A DNA stretch of 63,699 nucleotides, filler included, from Craspedostauros australis (lineage: Eukaryota): the NCBI GenBank assembly GCA_030167865.1. It is 9 parts of 9 records of this genome, joined end to end, with 100 filler letters (N's around TTAATTAATTAA, not from the genome) between each part and the next. Parts side by side here need not be neighbours in the genome. Positions count along the whole stretch, not along the records: positions 1 to 26,623 come from JALAGF010003969.1; 8 more parts are not named here. One strand, written 5' to 3'. The translations under genes were made by a program, and so were the position numbers. Below the pieces are notes generated by a model, which was not told the origin of the DNA, searched no databases, and saw only the letters and a program-made list of their open reading frames with translations. Position 1 is the first letter of the stretch, and every line of letters starts with the position of its first letter. Of the stretch, positions 1-9,346 are shown in pieces.

Positions 1-696
1 AGAGGCATCGTCTGCACCACAGATCCAGACATCCCAAACAACATCATCGACGAAATCACGATCAACCACGGATACAATCCGAAACACAGAGTCTACACAG
101 TCGGTCGTCTCGACAAGGAATCATCCGGTCTCATCCTCCTCACATCCGACGGTCGCCTGCCAAACTCCATCCTGCGATCGGAACATGCACATACCAAGGT
201 GTATCGTGTCCGAGTCGATCATCAGCTTGAAGAGCGCGATCTGGACAAGCTCCGCAGAGGCGTGATGATCACGACCATGTCAGCTCAAGACAGGAAGCGC
301 GGAAAGGCGTTGCGGGCTCGGACGAAACCGTGCGACGTTGAGTATGAACATGTGTATGTGGAAAGGTATGGTGCTACATACGGTGTATCAGGCGGTGTGC
401 CAGGCAGTGAGTCACACGATGATGCATCACCATCGCCGTCGTCATCGTCAATACCGCCCGTATCCAGCAGGAGGAGGAAGAGATACGATGTGTGTTACAT
501 CACGTTGAAGGAAGGTCGCAATCGTCAGATCCGCAAGATGATGGGCGCACTTGGATTCAGTGTGTTGGAGCTGGAGCGTGTGGAGTTTGGTCCAATCGAC
601 ATGATGGATCTGTCAGGTCCTGGTGATTGGAGGCGGTTGGTTGGTGATGAGCTGTCATCGATCGGCTCGTTGTTGCAAGAGTCAGCGCAGGAACCA
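1..696 (+). repeat. Left arm of 696-bp inverted repeat
   Basis: Reverse complement of 25928-26623. Both ends match at the positions checked and the ORF-track translations are identical up to ...SAQEP. Confidence 0.95.
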
Positions 697-720
697 GCGC
701 AAGAACCAGCGCAACAGTGA
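1..720 (+). CDS. RsuA/RluB/RluE/RluF-family pseudouridine synthase, 5'-truncated by contig start
   Basis: Frame 1 is open from base 1 and reads RGIVCTTD...VYTVGRLDKESSGLILLTSDG (catalytic-Asp GRLD motif), HTKVYRV and ITLKEGRNRQIRKM...LERVEFGPI, to stop TGA at 718-720. Confidence 0.93.
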   Translation, partial: RGIVCTTDPDIPNNIIDEITINHGYNPKHRVYTVGRLDKESSGLILLTSDGRLPNSILRSEHAHTKVYRVRVDHQLEERDLDKLRRGVMITTMSAQDRKRGKALRARTKPCDVEYEHVYVERYGATYGVSGGVPGSESHDDASPSPSSSSIPPVSSRRRKRYDVCYITLKEGRNRQIRKMMGALGFSVLELERVEFGPIDMMDLSGPGDWRRLVGDELSSIGSLLQESAQEPAQEPAQQ

Positions 721-895
721 AAGAAGCAATACAGCTAAGCATAGCCCTCCATTCCACTCCATGTCAATCCGAATTATTCACAAACCGCACTTCGACCAAA
801 CGAGTACGCGTAATTGAGTCTCCAAAAATGCAACGTTGCAAACAACCAATCCATTTCGACTACTATGTATGCGTGCAATTATGGTGCTGCGACTG

Positions 896-3800
896 TCAAG
901 CTCTCGATTCCAGCACCGCCGATTTGCGAAATCGCTGAGCGTTTGTGTTTTGGTTTGCCGCCGACGAAGTCTTGTTGACGGAGAATGCTTTGATCCGATC
1001 CCTAACCCCCGCATTGTCCTTGTCATCGTGTCTGGAAGACGACGACGCACCTGCTCGACCATTCCCCCTTCGAACAGTCGGACTGACACCTCCAGTCTCA
1101 AACGAACTCGTCCCGTTGGCATTGACTTCATCGCCGTCTTTCGTCTCCGGTGGATCTTTCTTCGGACTCTCCGGAGCACGTCCGCGATCATGCGAGCCTG
1201 TGCTCTTGTTATCGCTGGAGCCTTTGTCGCGGGTGCTCGAACCTCGAGCGTATCGAGACGAACTGACCGTTTTGCGCTGGTACTGCTTGCGTTCAAAAGA
1301 CTTTTGACGCTCACGGACGGATGGAATTGGATTGCTGGGCCTGCGACGTGCGCTGGACGTGGGTGGCTTCGGCGAAGTGCTTCGACTATCCCGCCGGCTG
1401 ATCGGTGCCCGACGTGACGGTGCCTGCGATCTGCTCGATGATGGCCTCCGTCCCCTCTCACGCGGCACTTCCGGCAGCTCGTCGATACTCCCCTTGCTGC
1501 GTTCATCATGCGCTTCCATGCCACCCTGCTTCTCCAGGGCCTTGCGGTCGATGCCACGGTTGCCAGAGCTCGTCTTTTTCTTCAGCAGCATCAGCATGCG
1601 CTTCTCGTCGCAACGGAAGAAGTATCGGATCCAAAACTCCTTCTTGTCCACCGTGCCAGGCACCAGCTTCTTGTAGAACGTCGTGACCGAGTTGTGCATG
1701 GCCAGGGCAATTTCGATGTCATCCTCCCAATCCCGCAGGTTGAACATCCCCACGAAGCTCTTGTACTCGGCTGTCTCGCCCTCCGTCAGCTTGGATAGAT
1801 TGATTTCTCTGGAATACGTCTCGGCCGCATTGCGTCTCCGCTCCGCACGAACCACGCTGCGTTCCGCGAGCTGCCGAAGATTCACATTCATCCCCGTGGT
1901 GGCTTTCTGCCGTCTCCTGTTTGTGGCTTCGCTTGGGAATCTCTGTGATTGTGGTCGGCGCGATCCAACGTCGTTGATATCATCCATGCTGTCATCCAAG
2001 GAAGTGTGGGACGAACCCATCGAGAGCGACGTTGGTTCCCCATCCGTGTTCCCGCCATTTTCACCCTTCAAGGACACTTCCTCCTCGCCTGCCTCCAGGT
2101 CCACCGAAAATGGTTTGCTCGTGTTGTCGCCAGCCTTCATGGAATGGGAGTCATCTCCCGCAGGCGATGATAGAGGATCCGTGGCGGCCGTATCTTCCGA
2201 TTCCGCAGACTGCTGCTTGTTCTTGTCGCCGCGACCTGGTTTCACCCACGGCGGAAGCTTGGCGCTCCACCCAGCGGCCTTGACAGCCCCCGCAGCAAGC
2301 ACAGACGGTCCCCATGACTTCGTCTTCGATTTCTTGCCGCGGTCATCGGCATTGGTCTTGCTCGAACGGATTGTTCCGACATCGACATCGTCATCGTCAT
2401 CAGAGTCCCCGTAGAGGTAGGACTTGCTGGACCATTTCTTCTTGGATCGCACCAACAGCGATGTCGAGTCGCTTTCCTTGGCGGTTTGAATGCCCTTGCC
2501 GGAATCCGTATTGTCACGTTTTTGCCACGCGGAGAGCTTGGATTTCCAAGACTTTTTGGGTTTGGATCCTTGGCCGGCCATCCCGGCGGGAAGGCTCTTG
2601 GTTGCAGTGTAATTCGATTTGGTTGATTTGTTGTCATCGTCGCCGCGGCGAGATCCGGATGGAATCGGAGCCCCCGCGTTCGTGTCCGCGACCATCTGCC
2701 CATTCTTCTGCTGCAGCTGTCGTGGTGGCGCCGTTTCCATCGGAGCCTGTTCTGGCTCCTTGGCCTCTACATCCTTTTGCTCGTCACCGTTTTGCTCCTG
2801 CTCCTGCTGTGCCTCCCGTTCCTGTTTCTGCTGCTCCTGCAACCAGATGGGAATCTTGACGCGGTTGATGGACCGCGCGCTCTGACCTCTGTGCTGCCGC
2901 GTTAATCCTGGACGCTGATTGCCACCAGCACGCGATCGTCCGTCGCCCTTGCGATTGCCGCCGAGATGGCGTGACGACGTGTTCCCACCGCGTTTGGAAT
3001 TGCTGCGTTCCAAACCGCGTCGGCTGGGACGGCCGGTTGGACCGCGTCTGTGAAAATCGCGCTGCTTCGTCGTGGATGCAACGGAATACATCGTCTTTTC
3101 GTCACCGTACCGACGATTGGCAGAACCCCGATTCATGGAATGTCTTGGATAACGTGACGAGGATGGTTTCACGGACGTCGAACCTCTCGCCCTGTCAGCT
3201 GCGCTGTTGCGATTGCCTCTGACCGACTCCTTGGCCGTGATGCGACTGGGCTTGACGGACGGCGTGGCCGTGACTTTCTTCTTGGTCTGTTCCTGCGGAG
3301 ATGGAGCCGGCGATAATCCACCAGAATCGTCGTCGTCATCGTCGTCGTCATCGTCATCGTCGTCGTCATCGTCGTCGTCATCATCCGATTCTTCCTCATC
3401 ATCCGATTCCTCATGTCGCGCATTGAGTTCGTTCTTCGCCGCGGACGTGTCGATGACCATGCGCGTCGTGGTGTTGTGCATGCTCAAGCCCTCCGCATCG
3501 GCATCCATCATGTGGATGTCCTCATGATCCGGCGTTGTGGAGATGCTGCTATTGCAGATGCTGCCACGACGCGATTGTTGTCCGTCGTCTCCTGTTTTTT
3601 CACCCTCCGCATCGCGGCCATATGGAGTGTGCTTGTTGTCCGCATTGCTGTTGTATGCTGCACCGTACGCGTTGGTGGCCTTGTGCGCGGCATAGGAATT
3701 TTGGTTGCCCGACGGTGTCAATGCGGATTGATTGGCAGCACCGACTCCATTGTATTTCGGCGTCGTGCCTGTGCCGTAGGTGCGGATCGTCCCGCCCGTC

Positions 3801-5467
3801 ACGGACTGTCTGTCACGGGTCTGAACTGTGGCCGCGCCATTCTGATTGCCGTAGGTCTGCGGACGTTGGAATACCGCGGCCTTTTCCATGACGGAGAGCT
3901 TGCCGATATTCTCAATGGCCGCTCCCTTGGATGCCGACAATCCATTCGATTGGTTGTTCGATGTCGCGGAACGGATCGTTGCCACGGCGAAACTCTTGTT
4001 TGCATTGCTGAACCGGCTGGTGATGGTGCCCGTGCGTGATTGATTGTCGTTGTTGTTGTCTGCCGTATGACTGTTGGTGTGCGTGCCGCTGGAAGACTGC
4101 GTCGCCCTCCAGCTGTTGTTGAGCGATGCCTTTTTCTCCGAGTCCTTGCGTTCCCACATGCCCTTTGGCGGAATCTGCGGTTGGTTGTCGATGATGACAT
4201 TCGGAGCAGTGGTGATGTTCTCCATGCTGGGTCGTCTCAAAACGGTCGGCTTGAAGGTCTTTGACAGTCCGGACATTGGCGTTGGCGTCATGGGTTGCAG
4301 CTTCTCTATGCTGCTCTGACGCGCGAAGAAGGTCGACGGCGTGACAGCGGGCGTCGTGTCCATAATCACAGTCCCGGCCTTTTGCTGGTCATTGTCGTCG
4401 TCGTGGACGGATGGTCGAGATACTGCCGAAGTGTTGATCCCCAATCCGGGGTTGCTGGATTGGCGCATGTACGCTGGCGTGGCGGATGGAACAGGCGTGG
4501 TGGCCATCGTCGGTGCATTGGTCAGACTCGGACGCCGCAGTGTTTTGGGCGCCACAGCAGGTGGCGTTAACTCGCAATTGGATTTGGCATTTGGTTCCGC
4601 GACGTCGGTCTTGATGACGCCCGCCCCTGACAATCGCCGTTGCGAGCCTGCTCGTGCGGTCGCAGCCGTGGAAAGCTGCCTTCTGCTGGATGGCTTGGCA
4701 GGCCGGTTGGATGTGGAAGACGAAGTGGTTGGGAGCGTCGGACCGACCCTCGAACTGGAGCGGTAGTTGTTCTTCGACCATGCGGACGACGATGACCGGT
4801 ATGGAGCAGGTGCGCCCGAAGCCGAAGTGGCCATTGATGTTGACGTCGATGTGGTCTGCAGGTGCTGAGGCTTCCGCCTTGACGCCGTCTGATGCCTGCC
4901 CTGACGATCATCCTCAACGCTGCTGCTGCTCGTGGAGGAATCGTCGCTCGAATCTGAAGACTCCGTCGACGAAGACATCGATCCATCGGTGGAGGGTCCA
5001 CGGGAGACCTTGACAGTGGTGGCATTGGCAGCTCCCGGTGCTTGTGATTGCCTCTGCGCTGGCGCAGAGTTGGATGCGGAGGTAGCCGCCGTTGCCGCCA
5101 TTGGCGCGCCCGATGAGGATGAGACGGACTTTCTGGGATTCTTGTCGAGATCCTCAGAGATGCGACGCGGGTCGGTGCAGCGGAAGAAGTAGCGCTGCAT
5201 GAATGCCTTGCGAGGGATGGTCTCCGAGTCCACGACGAGCGTTTCGTAGGCGGCAGCGACGGCCACATTGGATGATAGGTCGCGTTCGAAGGTGTTCTCG
5301 TAGTGATCGATGTTGCGGTTGAAGTCGCTCATGAAGTCTGTGACTTTGGCAGCGTCTCTGGAATGGATGAGCAGCGGTGTGGTGTAGGTGGTCGTGTCCT
5401 TGCGCCTTCGGTTGGCCTCCTGCTTGGTTTCGAACGTCCATGATTTGGATGACGTCGGCGCCGCCAT
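896..5467 (-). CDS. Large intrinsically disordered protein with two BSD-like domains (1523 aa)
   Basis: Single long ORF. N-terminal ...AYETLVVDSETIPRKAFMQRYFFRC and C-terminal ...FYKKLVPGTVDKKEFWIRYFFRC match the BSD LVP-x-FWxRYF signature. The rest is S/T/R-rich with a poly-Asp tract. Confidence 0.82.
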   Translation of the reverse strand: MAAPTSSKSWTFETKQEANRRRKDTTTYTTPLLIHSRDAAKVTDFMSDFNRNIDHYENTFERDLSSNVAVAAAYETLVVDSETIPRKAFMQRYFFRCTDPRRISEDLDKNPRKSVSSSSGAPMAATAATSASNSAPAQRQSQAPGAANATTVKVSRGPSTDGSMSSSTESSDSSDDSSTSSSSVEDDRQGRHQTASRRKPQHLQTTSTSTSMATSASGAPAPYRSSSSAWSKNNYRSSSRVGPTLPTTSSSTSNRPAKPSSRRQLSTAATARAGSQRRLSGAGVIKTDVAEPNAKSNCELTPPAVAPKTLRRPSLTNAPTMATTPVPSATPAYMRQSSNPGLGINTSAVSRPSVHDDDNDQQKAGTVIMDTTPAVTPSTFFARQSSIEKLQPMTPTPMSGLSKTFKPTVLRRPSMENITTAPNVIIDNQPQIPPKGMWERKDSEKKASLNNSWRATQSSSGTHTNSHTADNNNDNQSRTGTITSRFSNANKSFAVATIRSATSNNQSNGLSASKGAAIENIGKLSVMEKAAVFQRPQTYGNQNGAATVQTRDRQSVTGGTIRTYGTGTTPKYNGVGAANQSALTPSGNQNSYAAHKATNAYGAAYNSNADNKHTPYGRDAEGEKTGDDGQQSRRGSICNSSISTTPDHEDIHMMDADAEGLSMHNTTTRMVIDTSAAKNELNARHEESDDEEESDDDDDDDDDDDDDDDDDDDDSGGLSPAPSPQEQTKKKVTATPSVKPSRITAKESVRGNRNSAADRARGSTSVKPSSSRYPRHSMNRGSANRRYGDEKTMYSVASTTKQRDFHRRGPTGRPSRRGLERSNSKRGGNTSSRHLGGNRKGDGRSRAGGNQRPGLTRQHRGQSARSINRVKIPIWLQEQQKQEREAQQEQEQNGDEQKDVEAKEPEQAPMETAPPRQLQQKNGQMVADTNAGAPIPSGSRRGDDDNKSTKSNYTATKSLPAGMAGQGSKPKKSWKSKLSAWQKRDNTDSGKGIQTAKESDSTSLLVRSKKKWSSKSYLYGDSDDDDDVDVGTIRSSKTNADDRGKKSKTKSWGPSVLAAGAVKAAGWSAKLPPWVKPGRGDKNKQQSAESEDTAATDPLSSPAGDDSHSMKAGDNTSKPFSVDLEAGEEEVSLKGENGGNTDGEPTSLSMGSSHTSLDDSMDDINDVGSRRPQSQRFPSEATNRRRQKATTGMNVNLRQLAERSVVRAERRRNAAETYSREINLSKLTEGETAEYKSFVGMFNLRDWEDDIEIALAMHNSVTTFYKKLVPGTVDKKEFWIRYFFRCDEKRMLMLLKKKTSSGNRGIDRKALEKQGGMEAHDERSKGSIDELPEVPRERGRRPSSSRSQAPSRRAPISRRDSRSTSPKPPTSSARRRPSNPIPSVRERQKSFERKQYQRKTVSSSRYARGSSTRDKGSSDNKSTGSHDRGRAPESPKKDPPETKDGDEVNANGTSSFETGGVSPTVRRGNGRAGASSSSRHDDKDNAGVRDRIKAFSVNKTSSAANQNTNAQRFRKSAVLESRA

Positions 5468-8400
5468 GGCCGCTGCTTCTCTCTCTTCTTTCTGTTGTTT
5501 GTTGTTTGCTGTTTGCTGATGCTAATGCTGTTGATGCCTTGTCTGTCGGTCGTACCGTATGGTACTAATACAGGTGTGGGACGGTGTGGATGATGTCCCC
5601 GAGACTTTCCTCCTGCTGGGACGGCCGCCGATGGGTGCTGATATGCAGTATTCGTACTCTATTCCAATACAGTAATCTTCGTGTGAGGGATGGACGCTTT
5701 GATGGGCTTGGCGTTCAACGATGGAGGGCGCCCATGGAATCGTTCGATCACTCGGCCACTCAGTCAATGTGTTGGGGACTGGAGGTGCGCGCGTCGGCGT
5801 TGACGCAAGGTGGAGAGAGAGAGAGAGTGTTTCCTCTCTTTCCCCTTCGCTTGCCTTGTCTTGCTTGCCTTGTCTTGCCGTTGCTTTCTTGCTTGCCTCC
5901 TCCTGTGCTGTGTTCTCTTTCGTTTGGAGTTGTGACTATTCGCCGCCGGAGTAGTCGTACGAGCTTCCGACACGAACGATCTATGCTCCACTCCACTCCA
6001 AAGGATGGCGCGCCCGCTTTTATCCTTTGCTTCTTTCCTTCCTTCGTGGGTGGCACTGAAATCGGAAGGAGATTCCAAGAAATGGGTCTACCCTTCTGAC
6101 CTCTCAGAGACACTGCCCCTGGTTGCTTCTCTTCCTTCCTCTGCTGGATGCTGTTGCTGGTGGGCGACCCTGCGAGACTTGTGCGGCGGCTGCCAAGGTC
6201 ACAACCAACTTTGCTTCTTGGCTGCCGTCTTCTCTCTTTGCCCCTGCTCTCTCCTCTGTTCAAATGATCTTGGCAGTTGCGGTTTCGTTGGTTGCGGTTG
6301 CCTGAGCCTGCTTTGGGTCTTGCTGGCTCTGCGCTGGTTGATGCTCCTGCGAATGCGCGTCCGCTCTTGTGCTTCGCGCCTTTGTTGCTGCTGTTCGTGG
6401 TGGTCAGGATGCCACTGCGTGTCTCGGTTGCCTCGTTTTCGGTGTTGCGGCGAGTGGCGCGCTCCGATTGTGCACAACCGTTTATTTGTCGAGGACGTTG
6501 TCATGGTGGCGTGTTCCTTGTTTTCGCAAGATGTCGAATGCGGAGGCGGAAGTTGAGTACCTCCGACACCTCGCACGAAGCAAGAAAACGATGATGAAGC
6601 GTTCCATCGCGTCCAGACACGAACAGTGGTTTTGTGCCTTCGTCGCGCACAGTGCCAACAAGACGCGACAGCCTTTCGTGGTGGTCCTATCCCGAGCGTG
6701 AAATCGCATAGGTATTGAGTACAAACGACGTACCGGTTGACATCTTGTGGCACATTGATTGTCCGTCGGTCGTATCTTGAAATCTCTACTGCTGCGTTTT
6801 TATCGGTCGTGCAGATGACCACGACCTGCCTTGCCACACTATTTAACACCATGTTGTATCAAAACGGTCTTTCTTCGGGAGAGAATCTGTCTCTTCCTAG
6901 CGTTCGTCAAATCAGCCGTAATTGAGACCAAGCGTGTAGTAGTCTCATGGAGTAGAGTCCTTCTCTTGAAGTATCATTTGCAGCTGTGTACGGAGCACAG
7001 GAACCGAGTTATGACATAGCTGCCTAACACATAAATGTAGATATAGAACGGGCGTTTTGTTGTCGATGATATCTCCTCGGTCGTTGATGCCCAAACAGGA
7101 ACGATAGCGATCGCAGGAGGAAGGAAGCAGTGCAAAACAGAACAGGTTAGAACGATATGCCCTACCATGCTCCATGCTTCACGCCTCTCGATGCATCCTC
7201 TCACACCATGTGTCCAAGAGCCTGAGCTGAGGCATTGGTGGAGGCGGTCGTTGCGGAGCCTTCCTTTGGCACCAACACGAAGAGACGGCCGCGCCCAGCC
7301 ACAACCTGGCGTTCTTGATGCGCTCCGCTTCTTCCTCTTCACTTCCAGGCGTCGCAGGCTGCTGCATCGTGTCGCACGAGGAGATGAAGCATACTTGTAG
7401 TCGTATTTGAACGGCGCAACAAACCGGAGGGAAACTCATGATCTGAAGAGATGGCTAAGTATCATCCGCAGCAACCGAATCGGAGCTGGCCACATGACCA
7501 GGACGCGCCAAAAGGGTCATCCCACTGGCATGGCAGACGGGCAGAGACGTGTGGGTGATCTGTGACTGCCTCCAAAGAGAGGGAGGCCATGGGATCGCAA
7601 ACATGTAGCAGGTACTGGTGAGTGAAGCACCATCGCAACTGACTCTCGGTCGTCACCACGACCTGAATCCGATCTTCGTTTGGCCTCGTCTACTCTAACA
7701 ATAGAACGCGATTCAATTAACCCTGTTCTCGCCTTCCATCCTCTGTTATTTATCTCTGCGGACGGTGGGTGGCGCAGCACCTCACGCCACCATAGGTACA
7801 TTGGCTCGACTCGTCGTATGTCAGTTGTATCACTTCGCGTTTCGGCCCACCAACTCCTCCTCCTGTGATCTCTCCGGGGCAAGCACCCAGCACAGATGGG
7901 AACATCGCTGCACCATACCAGTGGGTAGCGAACTACACCAAGCCGAGTAGGCAGGTACAAGCATCCTCCATCTCGATGGCTTGTTTTTTGCAATCGGTCA
8001 TGGCCAAGACCGGATTGAATGGAGTCGTCATCAGCACACTTAGACTGAATTTGTCAGCGGTGTCGCTGATGTGTCGCAACGCGATAAATGCGGCCTCAAT
8101 CCCGATTTCGTTCTCAATTCCCGACTCAATCTTCGCTTCAACGACGCGAAAGGCATCCGCAGGCGACTCGTGACATGCGCGGACCGACTGGTTTGCGCGA
8201 TTCCCGTTTGCGGAGACTTTTATCGTCGATGTGTGTGACTGTGGTGGTGGATACGACAATCACCCGCAAACAACTCTGGAACAATGCTCTGGCGAAAACA
8301 ACAACAGGGGCGCAACATGAGAGTCATGTGTCTGGTTTTCGGCGGTGAATCGACACCAGCGACATCGCCGGTGCGCACAGCAGCAAGAACAAGGGAGGAA

Positions 8401-9346
8401 GACAACAATACAAGCACACAAACGCACAATCTGCAACACACAACATCCACATTGACTACGACCGCATCAACCGCAGTTACAAAGGGGTTGATTGGCTTTG
8501 GAACGATCTGAACTCAGCAGCGTTTGGGGAGACGGCAACACACACAAAGAGAGAGAGAGAGAGAGGGAGTTTGCATCTGGAAGTGCTCGCGAGCCACAAC
8601 AAAGCCACGAAGCGACAAGGAAACATCGAAACAGAACACAGGCACAACACTCACTCGTTGCCATACACCCACAAGTGCGACTGTAGCCCCACAACAGCAG
8701 CAGCGGCTTTTCTGCACAAGCATTGGTGCCGCAAGGATCACCACCAAGATCACAAAGGAACTAACGCACTTGAAAGGAACAAACAGCGATAAAAACGGCG
8801 GCAGGTCACGAAGACATCGCCACCTCGCATCATGTCAGCAGAAGGCGGTACGTCGGCCCTCGAGAGGGGAAATGACAAAGAATTGACCGCTGTGTGGAAT
8901 CGCCCGAGCGTCTTGTGTGGTATGGCTCGCACTGTGTCTTGACACGAGAAGACAGTAACCAGTGAAAATGAGAACGGGAAAGGCTCTGTGCTGCTTTCTT
9001 GCTTTCGCCGGATGCTGGTGTTGTGTTGGTGGCGATACGTGCGTTTGATTGATACGGTCGCCCAAAGCGCTTGATCGCTCGACCACCCGCTGTTGCGTGT
9101 TTGATTTCTGTCTCGTTTCAGCCAAACTCACAAAACCAACACTCTCCTGTACCTTGTCGTTGTCAACTTGCACCATACCTACGGCCACCCTGCCCCTCGG
9201 CCTGTTACGCACGGTACTTGTCGACGTTCAACCCCCTATTGTACCCGGGCTCTTTTGAACTTACCAACACCATCCACCGTACTACTACTACTACTACTAC
9301 TACTGCAGAGCCGACTCCTACCCACTCGGAGCGATTGAGGCAGATC

